From positions 1,750 to 65,749 of the forward strand of contig CAZYTL010000003.1 of NCBI GenBank assembly GCA_964650355.1: 64,000 nucleotides of DNA. The letters run 5' to 3'. The stretch's first letter is position 1. Each line of letters opens with the position of its first letter. The notes under the pieces are model-generated. The model was given only the letters and a program-made list of their open reading frames with translations, was not told the origin of the DNA and did not search any database. Made by a program: the position numbers and the translations under genes. Of this stretch, positions 1 through 9,985 are shown one piece after another. The DNA is from an uncultured Gammaproteobacteria bacterium (lineage in GTDB: Bacteria > Patescibacteriota > Microgenomatia > CAYXHB01 > CAZYTL01).

Positions 1-463
1 GCTTAAACATCGGCGTCACCTTTGGCAAAATATACACCGACACAAAAATCCCCAACCCCGCGATTGCTGTCATTAACACCGACGGATAAATCATTACCCC
101 TTTCACCTTCGACATCAACTCTCTCTGCTTCCCTAGTTGATCTGCCAAAGCTATCATATTCTCTGACATCGTTCCCGAAGTCTCCCCTACCTCAATCGTG
201 TTCACGAACAACTGAGAAAAAGTCTCCGGATGTTGAGCCAGTGAACTCGCCAGCGAACTTCCCGACTCCACCGACCTCCTCACACTCATCAAAACCTGTC
301 TAAACTTACCTGTTACCGACTCCTCAGAAATTCTTAACCCTTCCGCAATCGGCACTCCCGCACTCATCATCACCGCCATTCCCTTGGCAAACAACGCCAA
401 CTGCGTCAAGCTCACCTTTCCCCAAGGCAACTCCAGCGTTAATTTCGATTTCTTCTCTGCCAT
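1..463 (-). CDS. pilC: Type II secretion/type IV pilus platform protein GspF/PilC family, N-terminal part (gene runs off window start)
   Basis: Reverse-strand translation from ATG at 463 (SD aggggag 7 nt upstream) gives MAEKKSKLTLELPWGKVSLTQLALFAKGMAVMMSAGVPIAEGLRISEESV...LFVNTIEVGETSGTMSENMIALADQL, a typical GspF-domain pattern. Absent from the ORF track because no in-window stop. It lies immediately downstream of pilB. Confidence 0.6.
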   Translation of the reverse strand, partial: MAEKKSKLTLELPWGKVSLTQLALFAKGMAVMMSAGVPIAEGLRISEESVTGKFRQVLMSVRRSVESGSSLASSLAQHPETFSQLFVNTIEVGETSGTMSENMIALADQLGKQRELMSKVKGVMIYPSVLMTAIAGLGIFVSVYILPKVTPMFK

Positions 464-764
464 AAAATTCTCCCCTAAACCCAATATACAATGTCGCCCC
501 TTACCAGTAAACTGCCTCCAGCCCAGCATTACAAATCTCTACTTACGACCTCCAATTTACTTATTCCTATCCCTACTCCTACTGAATTCTGATTACCGAT
601 TACTGGTTACTGTTTACCGATCTCTAATCTCCCAGTCTCGCAATTTCCTGATTTCTACTTCCTCTTCTCCGTCTTCTGTTTTCCATCTTCTACCTTCTAA
701 CTTCTATCTACTTCCTATTTGCCATCTACCGTTTACTGTTTACTGATTGCTGATTTCTTCTCAT
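464..764. repeat. Degenerate heptamer-periodic tandem array (about 40 units, + strand CTTCTAN/CTGNTTA; coding strand TAA/TAG-containing 7-mers) filling the pilB-pilC spacer
   Basis: Direct reading: cttctac cttctaa cttctat ctacttc ctatttg ccatcta ccgttta ctgttta ctgattg. On the gene strand this gives TAA/TAG every 7 nt, so stops fall in all frames. Confidence 0.55.
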
Positions 765-2459
765 CTACGTCTGATTAATCACCCGCACCAACTCTTCCAG
801 AGTCGTCAACCCCATTCTCACCTTCCTCAATCCGTCCTCAAACATCGTCCTCATCCCCGCCTTTCTGGCCGCGGTCACAATCTCGTCTGCCGAACTCTTC
901 TTCATCACCAAATCCTTAATCTCTTCAGTCACTTCCAACACTTCAAATACCCCTTGCCTACCTTTATACCCCGTGTGGTCGCACACGTCACATCCGGCTC
1001 CTCTATACAATCGCGCCTTCTTCAATTCATTAAATAACGTTTCGTCCAAGGCCCTGGCCACCTCTAACGTTTCTTTCAGTCGTTCTTCGTCATCACCACT
1101 CATCTGATAAGACATCCTGCACACCGAACAAATCTTTCTCACCAATCTTTGGGCAATTACCACGTTCACTGTCGAAGCCACCAAAAACGGCTTAATTCCC
1201 ATATCAATCAACCGGAGTAACGTCGTCGCCGCATCATTTGCATGCAGAGTCGAAAGCACCAAATGTCCGGTCATCGCCGAATTCACGGCAATATTCGCTG
1301 TCTCCTGATCCCGAATCTCTCCCACCCCAATGATATCGGGATCCTGCCGCACAATCGCTCTTAGCCCTTCAGCAAACGTCAGATTCGTTTCCGGATTCAC
1401 TTGAATCTGGCTCACCCCTTTCACATCATACTCCACCGGATCCTCAATCGTCGAAATGTGCACATCTCTGGTATTCAGAATCTTTAACACCGCGTAGACA
1501 GTCGTCGTTTTTCCACTTCCAGTTGGTCCCGTCACCAACACCATTCCCTGCGGAATTTTGATAATCCTCCTGACCTTCCCCAAATCACTATCCGACAACC
1601 CCAAACTACTCAAAGTATAAGAAGTCGTCCTGGTCGACAGCAGCCTCATCACAATATTTTCCCCTTTGGTCACTGGCACAATCGATACCCTCACATCCAA
1701 CTGTTCTCCGTCAATATTCATCTTAAATTTGCTATCCTGAGACGCCTGGTGCTCATCAATCCGCAACTTGGACAAAATCTTTATCCTGGTCAACATAAAA
1801 TCCGCCAAATCCTTAGACAGAGAAAACATATCATGCATCACCCCGTCAATCCTGAACCTCACCAAAGTATTATCCATTTGCGGTTCCACATGCACATCAG
1901 AAGCATCACTCCGATAAGCATACTTCATCAACATCTCCGTCATCTTTACCGACAGTTGGTTCCTTTGCTCTCTGCCCAAATCCTCACCCTTCCACTTCTC
2001 TAAATACCCTTCCAGTTGTTTTTTCAAATCCAACCTATATTTTGACAACGCATTATGCAAATCATTGTCCGTAATCAAATAAGGTGTCACCTTTTGCCCC
2101 GTATGCTTGCGCAACATATTTAACACCTCTAAATCGTCCGGATTTACCATCCCCACGTGTAATCCCTTTTCATCCTTTGCAAAAGCGATCACCTCCTCGG
2201 CCCGCGCCATCGGTTCCGGAATTTCCCGCAGCACCTTCTCATCTATCTGCATATTCCTCAAATTCACAAACTCAAATCCTTTCGAGTCTGCCACCAGCCT
2301 CCCCAGCTGATCATCCTGAATCAATCCTTTCTCTACCAACAACTCCCTCATCTCCCGCTTCTCTTCCTCAGCCTCCATCTTCACTTCCTTGAACATCTCT
2401 TCACTCACGTGGCCCGGCCTCACCAACACGTCATGTAACTCATCAATCGTCACCTTCAT
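765..2459 (-). CDS. pilB: Type IV pilus assembly / type II secretion ATPase (GspE/PilB family)
   Basis: Walker A LVTGPTGSGKTTT, GspII_E N-terminal domain, C-terminal tetracysteine CSVC...CDVC, 564 aa. Confidence 0.9.
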   Translation of the reverse strand: MKVTIDELHDVLVRPGHVSEEMFKEVKMEAEEEKREMRELLVEKGLIQDDQLGRLVADSKGFEFVNLRNMQIDEKVLREIPEPMARAEEVIAFAKDEKGLHVGMVNPDDLEVLNMLRKHTGQKVTPYLITDNDLHNALSKYRLDLKKQLEGYLEKWKGEDLGREQRNQLSVKMTEMLMKYAYRSDASDVHVEPQMDNTLVRFRIDGVMHDMFSLSKDLADFMLTRIKILSKLRIDEHQASQDSKFKMNIDGEQLDVRVSIVPVTKGENIVMRLLSTRTTSYTLSSLGLSDSDLGKVRRIIKIPQGMVLVTGPTGSGKTTTVYAVLKILNTRDVHISTIEDPVEYDVKGVSQIQVNPETNLTFAEGLRAIVRQDPDIIGVGEIRDQETANIAVNSAMTGHLVLSTLHANDAATTLLRLIDMGIKPFLVASTVNVVIAQRLVRKICSVCRMSYQMSGDDEERLKETLEVARALDETLFNELKKARLYRGAGCDVCDHTGYKGRQGVFEVLEVTEEIKDLVMKKSSADEIVTAARKAGMRTMFEDGLRKVRMGLTTLEELVRVINQT

Positions 2460-2518
2460 ATACTACTTACTTTAAAATAAGGATTGCAGTATATACCGCT
2501 CCCCGAAGAACATCGGGG
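2457..2518 (-). promoter_or_regulatory. Conserved 45-nt upstream module (also found upstream of ftsH) plus 6-6-6 palindromic hairpin ccccga-agaaca-tcgggg
   Basis: Gene-strand AGCGGTATATACTGCAATCCTTATTTTAAAGTAAGTAGTATATG is about 40/46 identical to 58765-58810. It contains a TATACT -10-like hexamer. The hairpin at 2501-2518 lies just upstream. Confidence 0.4.
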
Positions 2519-2695
2519 CATCGGTATAAATAACCTCCTTTTTTCTTGGGACAACCTGGTAGGCTAAACACATCATCAATCTACCAGCATCCCAAACTCT
2601 TCCTTAATACTACCCTGCCCCAGCCTATTAGAAAAGCACCATCAAGCTACCGGACCACGTAATTCAAATTTCTTCCCCAGCAATAACCCTCACTC

Positions 2696-3106
2696 TCATC
2701 CCTTCTTTCCCAACAGTGATTTTATCTTCTCCACCACTCCCTTCATCGAAGTATTCGTCTTCACCAAATAATCCACTGCCCCCAATTCCATTGCCTTCTT
2801 CATATCCCCGGGCTGGCCCAAATTAGACACCACCATCACCTTCAGTTTTTTTAACTCCGCATCCTTCTTTAGTGACTCCAAGACTTCAAACCCATCCATT
2901 CCCGGCAAAATCAAATCCAGCAAAATCAAATCAGGCTTAAACTTCTTTGCCTTCTCCACCACACCCTCTCCTTCAGTCGCCACTTCCACTTCATACCCCG
3001 CTCTTTCTAACCCGTCTTTATAAGCTCGCCAAATAAAATCATCATCCTCCACCAATAAAATTTTTCCTTGCCCTGATTGATCTGAACTCACTTCACCCAT
3101 AGGCAC
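2696..3106 (-). CDS. Stand-alone response regulator receiver domain (CheY-like)
   Basis: LLVEDDD...D(L)ILLDLILPGMDGF...K(T) receiver motifs, 136 aa with no output domain. Confidence 0.85.
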   Translation of the reverse strand: MPMGEVSSDQSGQGKILLVEDDDFIWRAYKDGLERAGYEVEVATEGEGVVEKAKKFKPDLILLDLILPGMDGFEVLESLKKDAELKKLKVMVVSNLGQPGDMKKAMELGAVDYLVKTNTSMKGVVEKIKSLLGKKG

Positions 3107-3123
3107 CTCTCAATTAATCACTT

Positions 3124-3522
3124 TCATCCCCCGATCGTTCCCAATCTAAACTTCACCCTTTGTACAATCTCCGCCATACTGTAATCAGTCTTAATCAAAT
3201 AATCATCTACTCCCAGCTTCTTAGCCTGACCAATATCCGTATCCGTGCTTGACACCGTCAACACCACCACCGGAATCTTCTTTAACTCCTCATCTTCCTT
3301 CAATATCTGTAACACGTGGAAACCATCCATCCCCGGCATAATCAAATCCAACAGCACCAAATCCGGCTTTTCCGCCTTTATTAACTCCAAACCCTTTTGC
3401 CCGTCCAAAGCCAACTTCACCTCAATCCCTGCCCTCTCCAGACCTTCTTTATAGGCTTGTGCAATCAACTCCTCATCCTCAATCAACACCACCTTAGATT
3501 TAACATTTTCATCCATATCCAT
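3124..3522 (-). CDS. Stand-alone response regulator receiver domain (CheY-like), tandem paralog
   Basis: VVLIEDEE...DLVLLDLIMPGMDGF...DYLIKT, 132 aa. Confidence 0.85.
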   Translation of the reverse strand: MDMDENVKSKVVLIEDEELIAQAYKEGLERAGIEVKLALDGQKGLELIKAEKPDLVLLDLIMPGMDGFHVLQILKEDEELKKIPVVVLTVSSTDTDIGQAKKLGVDDYLIKTDYSMAEIVQRVKFRLGTIGG

Positions 3523-3601
3523 TTCAATCTACCACAATTAAATTCCTCCGTCTATCCTCTGTTTATCTTCGGATCCTCATTTCTATCACACCCACCCCCA
3601 C

Positions 3602-4258
3602 ATGTATAATCAAGACATGGATGAAACTTACAGTCCTAAAGAACCATCGGAAGAAAACGTAAATACTCATTGTAGACAATACTCAGAGACCATCTTAGCC
3701 AATCACTATCCTGACAAACAATTCCAAGTGTTTTCCGACCGAGCCTCTTCCTCACGGTTGTATACTTGTCCGGAAGATCCCTCTCATGTGTACAAAGTCT
3801 ATGTGCCCATGACAGCCATCATGACCAATCCTGACGATCCCATGAATTTTCGATTCACCCAAGATGAGCAAACTTATCATGTCAACGAAGTGGCAAATAC
3901 CACCCTATTAGCTGAGCACGGACTGGCTCCCCAAGTATACGAAGTAAAAGGATCTCCTAGTAACCCAGAAATTTTAGACTTAGAAAAAATAGACTATGAT
4001 CCAGACGGCTTAAGTAAACTTCCCCAGGAAGAACGGATCCGCTTGGCAGATGAATTATTCAATCAACTGTGTCGTCTCAACAAAACTGCCATTGATATGG
4101 AAATAGTTTATGCCAAAGGCAGTCAGACCATTAAGATCATTGATTGCGGAGCAATTACCGATATAGATGAAAAGACGGATCTCCTACTCCAAAAGAAACT
4201 ACTTTACGGCCACTTTGGATTAGGCATGCATTTAGTTGAAAGGGAGCCAGCTAACTAA
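3602..4258 (+). CDS. Hypothetical protein (possible atypical kinase-like fold, unsupported)
   Basis: 218-aa ORF between the RR and HK genes on the opposite strand. Composition is typical of + strand genes here. No firm motif. Confidence 0.45.
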   Translation: MYNQDMDETYSPKEPSEENVNTHCRQYSETILANHYPDKQFQVFSDRASSSRLYTCPEDPSHVYKVYVPMTAIMTNPDDPMNFRFTQDEQTYHVNEVANTTLLAEHGLAPQVYEVKGSPSNPEILDLEKIDYDPDGLSKLPQEERIRLADELFNQLCRLNKTAIDMEIVYAKGSQTIKIIDCGAITDIDEKTDLLLQKKLLYGHFGLGMHLVEREPAN

Positions 4259-4310
4259 CCATCACCACTTTCTTTCCTCCTTTTACCTTCTAAAACTTCG
4301 ACCTTAGTTT

Positions 4311-5753
4311 CTACGCCGCCAAGGTCTTTTCTCCTTCCTTTGGCAGCATTCCTTGGATGGGAATGCCCACATAAAACATAGTTCCCCATCCTGTCTCCTT
4401 GCCGTCCTCTATTTTAGTAAAAGCCGGTGATTTAAACCATGTCTTACATCCCGAAGCTTCCACAATCAGCTTCACCAGATACAACCCCAACCCGCTTCCG
4501 TCCGACCTTTCCCTCATCGCATTATCCGCTCGGTAAAACTTCCCGAAAATCCTCGACTGCACCTCCTTAGGAATCCCGATCCCGTTATCTCTCACCGACA
4601 ACAACAAATAATCACTCGTTCCGAAAATATATTCATTTTCCTCACCTTCCTCCTTCTTCCCCATCTTTTCCGGGCTTATTCCCGCCTTCCTTTCCAACCC
4701 CACTTCCACTAAGCCGCTCTGCGTTGGCGAATAATAAACTGCATTAGTTAACAAATTATTCACCACCTCGTGCATCAAGCCCTGATCTAATGCAATCTGC
4801 AACAATGGCTCCTTTGGCTTATCAAATACCACCTTGCACCCTCTCTCCTCAATTAAAGGTTTCAGATCAGCTATTACCTTCTCAATCAGATCTTCAAACT
4901 GAGTCAACTCAGGTTCTATTTTCAGTCTCCCCGATTCCAATCTGGACACATTCAGAAACTCATTTACTAACTTAATTAACCGCAGCGTCGACTCCTGCAA
5001 TTTTTCTACATAGTCTTTCTGCCCAGAATTTAACCCTCCCACATCCTCATTCAACAACATCTCCGCATATAATCTCATCGCAGTCAAAGGTGTCCGCAAC
5101 TGATGCGAAGCCACCGACACAAAATCGGTCTTCATCTTATCAATCTCTACCATCATCGTAATGTCGTGCAGCACCATTGCTCCTCCTGACACCTGACCCT
5201 TCTCGTCTCTCACTGGATTAATATGTACCTCAAAAAACTTCTCTTTTAAAGGCACTTTTAAATACTTTATCGTATAACCTTTCTCCATCATCAAATCAAT
5301 CGCCTCTCCAAACCCCATCCGATTCCATACCCCTTCCCTGACCTCGGCATATAAAAATCCTTCCTCTTTAAGCCCCGTTTCCTTTTGTTCCATCAAAGCA
5401 ACTACGTTCTCCAAACTTAATTCCTCATCTCTCAAACCCATAATCTGTCTCAACATTGAATTCACTAACAACACCTGCTTTTTACTGTCAAACATCAACA
5501 CTCCGCTAGTCATACTCTCCACCCAACCTTTCAAATTAGCGTAATCCCTTTCATACAAAGACAGCAGTTTGGCGTTCTTCTCTTCCAGCTTATCAACCAC
5601 CGCCTGGATAATATCCTTCGCCTCTTCAAAACCTCCCTTCAGGTCAGGGACATCTACACCTCCTGCATAATCCTCCTCCAATACTTTGTTTATCACCGGC
5701 TTAATTTTGGCAATCTGCTCTCTCGCATACTGCTCGCGCTCCTCATCAGGCAT
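4311..5753 (-). CDS. Sensor histidine kinase (PAS + HisKA + HATPase_c)
   Basis: H-box SVASHQLRTPLTAM, N-box LLTNAVYYSP, G1 VRDNGIGIP, G2 GSGLGLYLVK. Confidence 0.85.
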   Translation of the reverse strand: MPDEEREQYAREQIAKIKPVINKVLEEDYAGGVDVPDLKGGFEEAKDIIQAVVDKLEEKNAKLLSLYERDYANLKGWVESMTSGVLMFDSKKQVLLVNSMLRQIMGLRDEELSLENVVALMEQKETGLKEEGFLYAEVREGVWNRMGFGEAIDLMMEKGYTIKYLKVPLKEKFFEVHINPVRDEKGQVSGGAMVLHDITMMVEIDKMKTDFVSVASHQLRTPLTAMRLYAEMLLNEDVGGLNSGQKDYVEKLQESTLRLIKLVNEFLNVSRLESGRLKIEPELTQFEDLIEKVIADLKPLIEERGCKVVFDKPKEPLLQIALDQGLMHEVVNNLLTNAVYYSPTQSGLVEVGLERKAGISPEKMGKKEEGEENEYIFGTSDYLLLSVRDNGIGIPKEVQSRIFGKFYRADNAMRERSDGSGLGLYLVKLIVEASGCKTWFKSPAFTKIEDGKETGWGTMFYVGIPIQGMLPKEGEKTLAA

Positions 5754-5875
5754 AAGTATCTCCTTTCCTCTCTACCATAGCACATAAAGTCCTCGGGAAA
5801 AACAAGAAATATACAGCACTACACCAGCATTCATCTTCCAACCCTCTCCTTCTGTCCTCATTATCTCCTTACGAT

Positions 5876-6577
5876 TTACAACACCGCCACAGTCATAATC
5901 ACCCACACTACCATCCCCACCGTCAAAAACACCGCTTGCAAATTGCTTGGCACCGGTTCTCTAACCTGCCAGAACCAGCGATCCATCTTCCCGGTCTTCA
6001 TAAATTCTCTCACCTGCTCATACAAAATCCTCAGCCAAAAACTCAATACCAACCCCGCCGCAAATAATCCCCCTTTACTCGTCACCACATAAATCACCAA
6101 AAACATCAGCACCACCTCAAACACCACCGAATGCAACACCAACTTCGATCTTTGGGATGCCGTTTCTATCAACACCTGCCATACTCGCTTCCAGTTCCTT
6201 GATCTCAGCGCTTCCTTCACTTGCTGACTGTCCTCTTTTTCCGGATGCAGAAAAAACACATCCAGCAAATGATCCACGTCCAACAAATGAAATCCTAACA
6301 AGCCTCCAATCCACCAGCCCACTAGACTCCACCCTTTACTCCAACCCAACAAGGTTCCCAACGCCAAATAAATCGCTAACACCCCCAACCGTCTTCTGAA
6401 CGGATGCCCCAACTTTCCTCTTACATCCGCCGGCACCAAACTCTCTGCCTGATCCCGCAACATCCCCGTCATGTCATCAATCACCTTTGTAGCCTGCTTA
6501 GGCATCCCCACTTCCATCCCTTCCTTTCCCTTATTCTTAGGTTCTTCTATTTCTTTGTCTCTCACTTCCTCACCCAT
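5876..6577 (-). CDS. Hypothetical integral membrane protein
   Basis: 233 aa with several hydrophobic segments. No recognisable motif. Confidence 0.5.
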   Translation of the reverse strand: MGEEVRDKEIEEPKNKGKEGMEVGMPKQATKVIDDMTGMLRDQAESLVPADVRGKLGHPFRRRLGVLAIYLALGTLLGWSKGWSLVGWWIGGLLGFHLLDVDHLLDVFFLHPEKEDSQQVKEALRSRNWKRVWQVLIETASQRSKLVLHSVVFEVVLMFLVIYVVTSKGGLFAAGLVLSFWLRILYEQVREFMKTGKMDRWFWQVREPVPSNLQAVFLTVGMVVWVIMTVAVL

Positions 6578-6638
6578 ACTACTAGTATGGCAATTTCTCT
6601 CGCAAAGCGCAAGAATAAGTTAAGTCAATTAGAAGTCC

Positions 6639-6968
6639 TCAATACGTAATCTCCAACTCCTGCCACTTCCCTTCCGGATGCTCCCAAAAAATCTGAATAT
6701 TAGCCACATGTGCCGCTTCCGGCCCTGACCGAGCGTGAGAAATCATCGCCTCCACCTGATTCTTATCCCCCTCAAACACTGCTTCCAATCTCCCGTCTTC
6801 CAAATTGCGCACAAACCCTGTCGCCCCCACCTCCTCAGCCTTTTTATGCAAAAACCACCTGAATCCCACTCCGGTCACATATCCGGACACCAACACTCTA
6901 GCCCGCACCTTTCCCCCCTTACTCTCCGATACTCGTCGTGACTCACTTACTTGCACCATAAAATTCAA
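6639..6968 (-). CDS. acyP: Acylphosphatase
   Basis: VSGYVTGVGFRWF...GFVRNLEDGRLEAVFEG acylphosphatase signatures, 109 aa. Confidence 0.8.
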   Translation of the reverse strand: MNFMVQVSESRRVSESKGGKVRARVLVSGYVTGVGFRWFLHKKAEEVGATGFVRNLEDGRLEAVFEGDKNQVEAMISHARSGPEAAHVANIQIFWEHPEGKWQELEITY

Positions 6969-7064
6969 TTATAGCTAATAGCTTCATTTACTTCTTAGTC
7001 AAAGTATACATACCAGGGAATTATCTGCCAACCCCGAACCCTTTCGTAAACTCTGCCAATGATA

Positions 7065-7385
7065 CTAGTCTTTCTTCTTTTCCTTAGCCTCCAGGTTCAA
7101 CTGCTTCACCTTCCACATAAACAACCGTGCTTTACTATCAACATCCGCATCTTTCACGTAACTTCTGGCTCTTTCTAGAACAGCTCGATCCATATCTCGT
7201 GACATCTTCATATATAGACTGATATGGTCACGGTCATTTAACTCCTCCGCCAGCATCACCGCATACCCCTGCCACTCCCTGGAAATGTATTTATCTTTCT
7301 TCGAGTCGAACCGCCCCAACACCTGCTTCATCGACTGAAACCCTTTTCCTTTACCCTGATCATCACCTTTTCCCATCCCATTCAT
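7065..7385 (-). CDS. Hypothetical protein
   Basis: 106-aa ORF with coding-strand composition like its neighbours. Confidence 0.4.
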   Translation of the reverse strand: MNGMGKGDDQGKGKGFQSMKQVLGRFDSKKDKYISREWQGYAVMLAEELNDRDHISLYMKMSRDMDRAVLERARSYVKDADVDSKARLFMWKVKQLNLEAKEKKKD

Positions 7386-7406
7386 TCTACCATTACTGCT
7401 TCTCAG

Positions 7407-8120
7407 TCATCTCACCGCCTGATCAATTAGAATGTAGATCTCTCCTCCCTCTGCTTCCTTTACAAAAACATTCTTATCGGATGGATCAATAATCCTTATT
7501 CCCGCCCTCTCGGCTTTAGCCAATTGAACTTCAAGGCCTTTCTTATTCCTCTTCCACTCATCCCCTTCCATATCGAACCACCGTTTTTCTTCTACCTTCT
7601 CCATCAGCAATACTTGAGTATGCTTTCCATCTTCCTCATCCCAACTCATAAATCCAAAATAACCAGGTGTCTCCAACCTCAGCATCTCATCCTCATCTTC
7701 ACTCGCCTTGTTATATTCGCTTATTTGTCTTGCCAACTTTCTCATTCTTTCCAGTTCTTCCAGCCTCCTCGGCCTCATCGAAGACCTTTCTGTCTGGGTT
7801 GTCTTCCCCACCGTACCTAACTCCTGATACTCCTCAACCACACTTTTCTTATCCGCCTTCAATACCTTCCCTTCCGGCGGTCTCCCTGTTTTATGCCACT
7901 CCATTACCGCTTCCCTGGGCATCTCTCTCCTCTTCCTCAATCCTTCCTTAGTCAAATAAACTTGCAACCGGTCGTCGCCGTTAAATTGATAAAGTCTCGA
8001 TCCGTCATTAAATTCTGTAATTATTCCAAAGCCAGCTTCCCTCTCTCTCACAGGTATTAAAGCAGATCTCTCCATCAAGTGACTCTTTACATCATCAGGA
8101 CGACCGTCTTCTATTGTCAT
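7407..8120 (-). CDS. Hypothetical protein
   Basis: 237-aa ORF, charged and coiled-coil-like. Confidence 0.45.
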   Translation of the reverse strand: MTIEDGRPDDVKSHLMERSALIPVREREAGFGIITEFNDGSRLYQFNGDDRLQVYLTKEGLRKRREMPREAVMEWHKTGRPPEGKVLKADKKSVVEEYQELGTVGKTTQTERSSMRPRRLEELERMRKLARQISEYNKASEDEDEMLRLETPGYFGFMSWDEEDGKHTQVLLMEKVEEKRWFDMEGDEWKRNKKGLEVQLAKAERAGIRIIDPSDKNVFVKEAEGGEIYILIDQAVR

Positions 8121-8135
8121 AATTAACTTTCGAAC

Positions 8136-9911
8136 TTAATTCCCCTCTTCAGCTCGGTACTCCTCTGCCAACCTCACCAATTGCCTATCAACTAGTTCGC
8201 CTACCTCATTACCCTCCTCTCTTCCTTCCTTAGCCTCTAACTTATCTATATCTAATTCATATGCCTTGTCCACCAGTTCCTTAAACGCAACCAAATGAAA
8301 ACCAAAAGCGCCTTGAGCTTTAACTACCCTATCTTTTAAGTCTCTATGTTGACCCAACAATCTCTTATATTTTTCCAGATCTTCCTCTTTTAACCTTTTT
8401 TTCTCCTCCCTACCCTTATTAATTAACTCTAACCACTCATTCATCCCCATCTCCTCTTCTCTCAAAGCTACCTCCCTACCCACTAAATTCACAAAACCCA
8501 TCACCTCATCTATCTTCATTTCCCCTTCGTCTTTTCCTTTGTGTTGATTTATCCCTACCAACATATCCAGAGCTTCATTCCAATTCTTTTTCCCTTCAAA
8601 ATAAACCTTCCTCATATCCCTTCCCAAATTCAATATCTCATCAGCCTTTGCTTCACCCAACTCCTTTACACACACCTGCCTGAAATCCCCCAGTTCTCCA
8701 TCCCCCTTATCAATCGCTTCCAGCGCTGCAAACAAATATCCCCCCCGCAACCTCGCCTCTTGAAACACACCAATATTTTCAGCTCCTACCCCTCTAGGCA
8801 TCTTCACCTGATACCCCATAAAAGTCCCCGCAAAAGTCTTCACAAAATCATACGACGAATTCACATCCTCATCATAAAAACGCCCCAACTTAGATTCATT
8901 ATGATATTTAATAAATGACCTAGGATCCACCCCCGTCACCATATCCGCCATCCTTCCCCGCTCATGAATATCCCACAATTTGTTCTGCTTTTCTATCCCT
9001 ACCCCTTCAATAAACAACTCCTCCATCGGTCGCCAATTTCTATAATATACCCCTCCTCCATATTTATCAGGAAATCTTATCATTCCCTCTTCAGGATTTA
9101 TCATTACCCCCTCCTTCGTCGCCATCTCATCAGGGAACTCCCCCTTCCCATGGGCTGCCACCACCACTTCTACAAAACTTCCCACCTCATCAATCATCAG
9201 ATCCAGATCCCCACCGCCTTTTTCTAATTCTTTGCGAAGCACATCTTTCATTTCCTCCATTCCCAACACTTCCCTTATCACTGCCCCGCCCAAAATCGCG
9301 CTCATTGTCTCATGCTCTGCCAATAATGTCACGTCTTTCCCTTCAACACTAACGTACTTCGCAATATCGTGAACCTCCGCAATTAACAGAGCCAATGGAT
9401 CCGCCCGTACTTCTCCATATGAGGCCTCTAATCCACTCCTCACTTTCCCTATATGCTCCAGAGCCACCTTAATTGTGTCCTCTTTCACCCCTAAATTCAT
9501 CAACCTCTTTCTATGAAATTCTCTAATCCCACGCAACATCTCTTTCACCAATTCAAGGTTTTTGCCCAACGCCTCATTCACTCCCCACTCCGCCTCTGCC
9601 ATTTCTTCATCTACAACGGTTTCCATTATCTCCTGCCTCTTTTTATATAAATCTCCTTTCCGTAAATAATCATAATCATCCTTTCCAGAGGGAAGTAAAC
9701 GCTGAACAGTTCCCTCAACGAAATTTGTAGACCCAATGCGTCGCCATCTCCTGAACTCTAGTGCCTCCGACTCCGGTTTGTGTCTCTCCAAGTTCTTCCC
9801 CAACAATTTCTCTTCTAACCTTCTCGCCACCTTTTGCCCTTCACCTATCTTAGGCTCTTTTTTCTCCCCGGTCATATCTCGCTGCAACGGCACCTGCTCT
9901 CCGTCTCCCAT
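8136..9911 (-). CDS. Hypothetical protein, possible HD-domain phosphohydrolase
   Basis: 591 aa. Contains LALLIAEVHDIAKYV, a possible HD motif. Otherwise unassigned. Confidence 0.45.
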   Translation of the reverse strand: MGDGEQVPLQRDMTGEKKEPKIGEGQKVARRLEEKLLGKNLERHKPESEALEFRRWRRIGSTNFVEGTVQRLLPSGKDDYDYLRKGDLYKKRQEIMETVVDEEMAEAEWGVNEALGKNLELVKEMLRGIREFHRKRLMNLGVKEDTIKVALEHIGKVRSGLEASYGEVRADPLALLIAEVHDIAKYVSVEGKDVTLLAEHETMSAILGGAVIREVLGMEEMKDVLRKELEKGGGDLDLMIDEVGSFVEVVVAAHGKGEFPDEMATKEGVMINPEEGMIRFPDKYGGGVYYRNWRPMEELFIEGVGIEKQNKLWDIHERGRMADMVTGVDPRSFIKYHNESKLGRFYDEDVNSSYDFVKTFAGTFMGYQVKMPRGVGAENIGVFQEARLRGGYLFAALEAIDKGDGELGDFRQVCVKELGEAKADEILNLGRDMRKVYFEGKKNWNEALDMLVGINQHKGKDEGEMKIDEVMGFVNLVGREVALREEEMGMNEWLELINKGREEKKRLKEEDLEKYKRLLGQHRDLKDRVVKAQGAFGFHLVAFKELVDKAYELDIDKLEAKEGREEGNEVGELVDRQLVRLAEEYRAEEGN

Positions 9912-9985
9912 ACCCCAATTTTACCTTAACCCACCTCAACAAGCAAAATCTCATTCTAACCTGCCCATCTAGCTCATCTAGCCCT

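Noticed and set aside
22-1037. Three + strand ORFs (22-303, 384-746, 747-1037) with Ser/Pro/Thr/Leu-rich low-complexity products
   Set aside because: They are antisense to the partial pilC gene and to pilB, or lie inside the heptamer spacer. The composition is typical of the C-rich non-coding strand.
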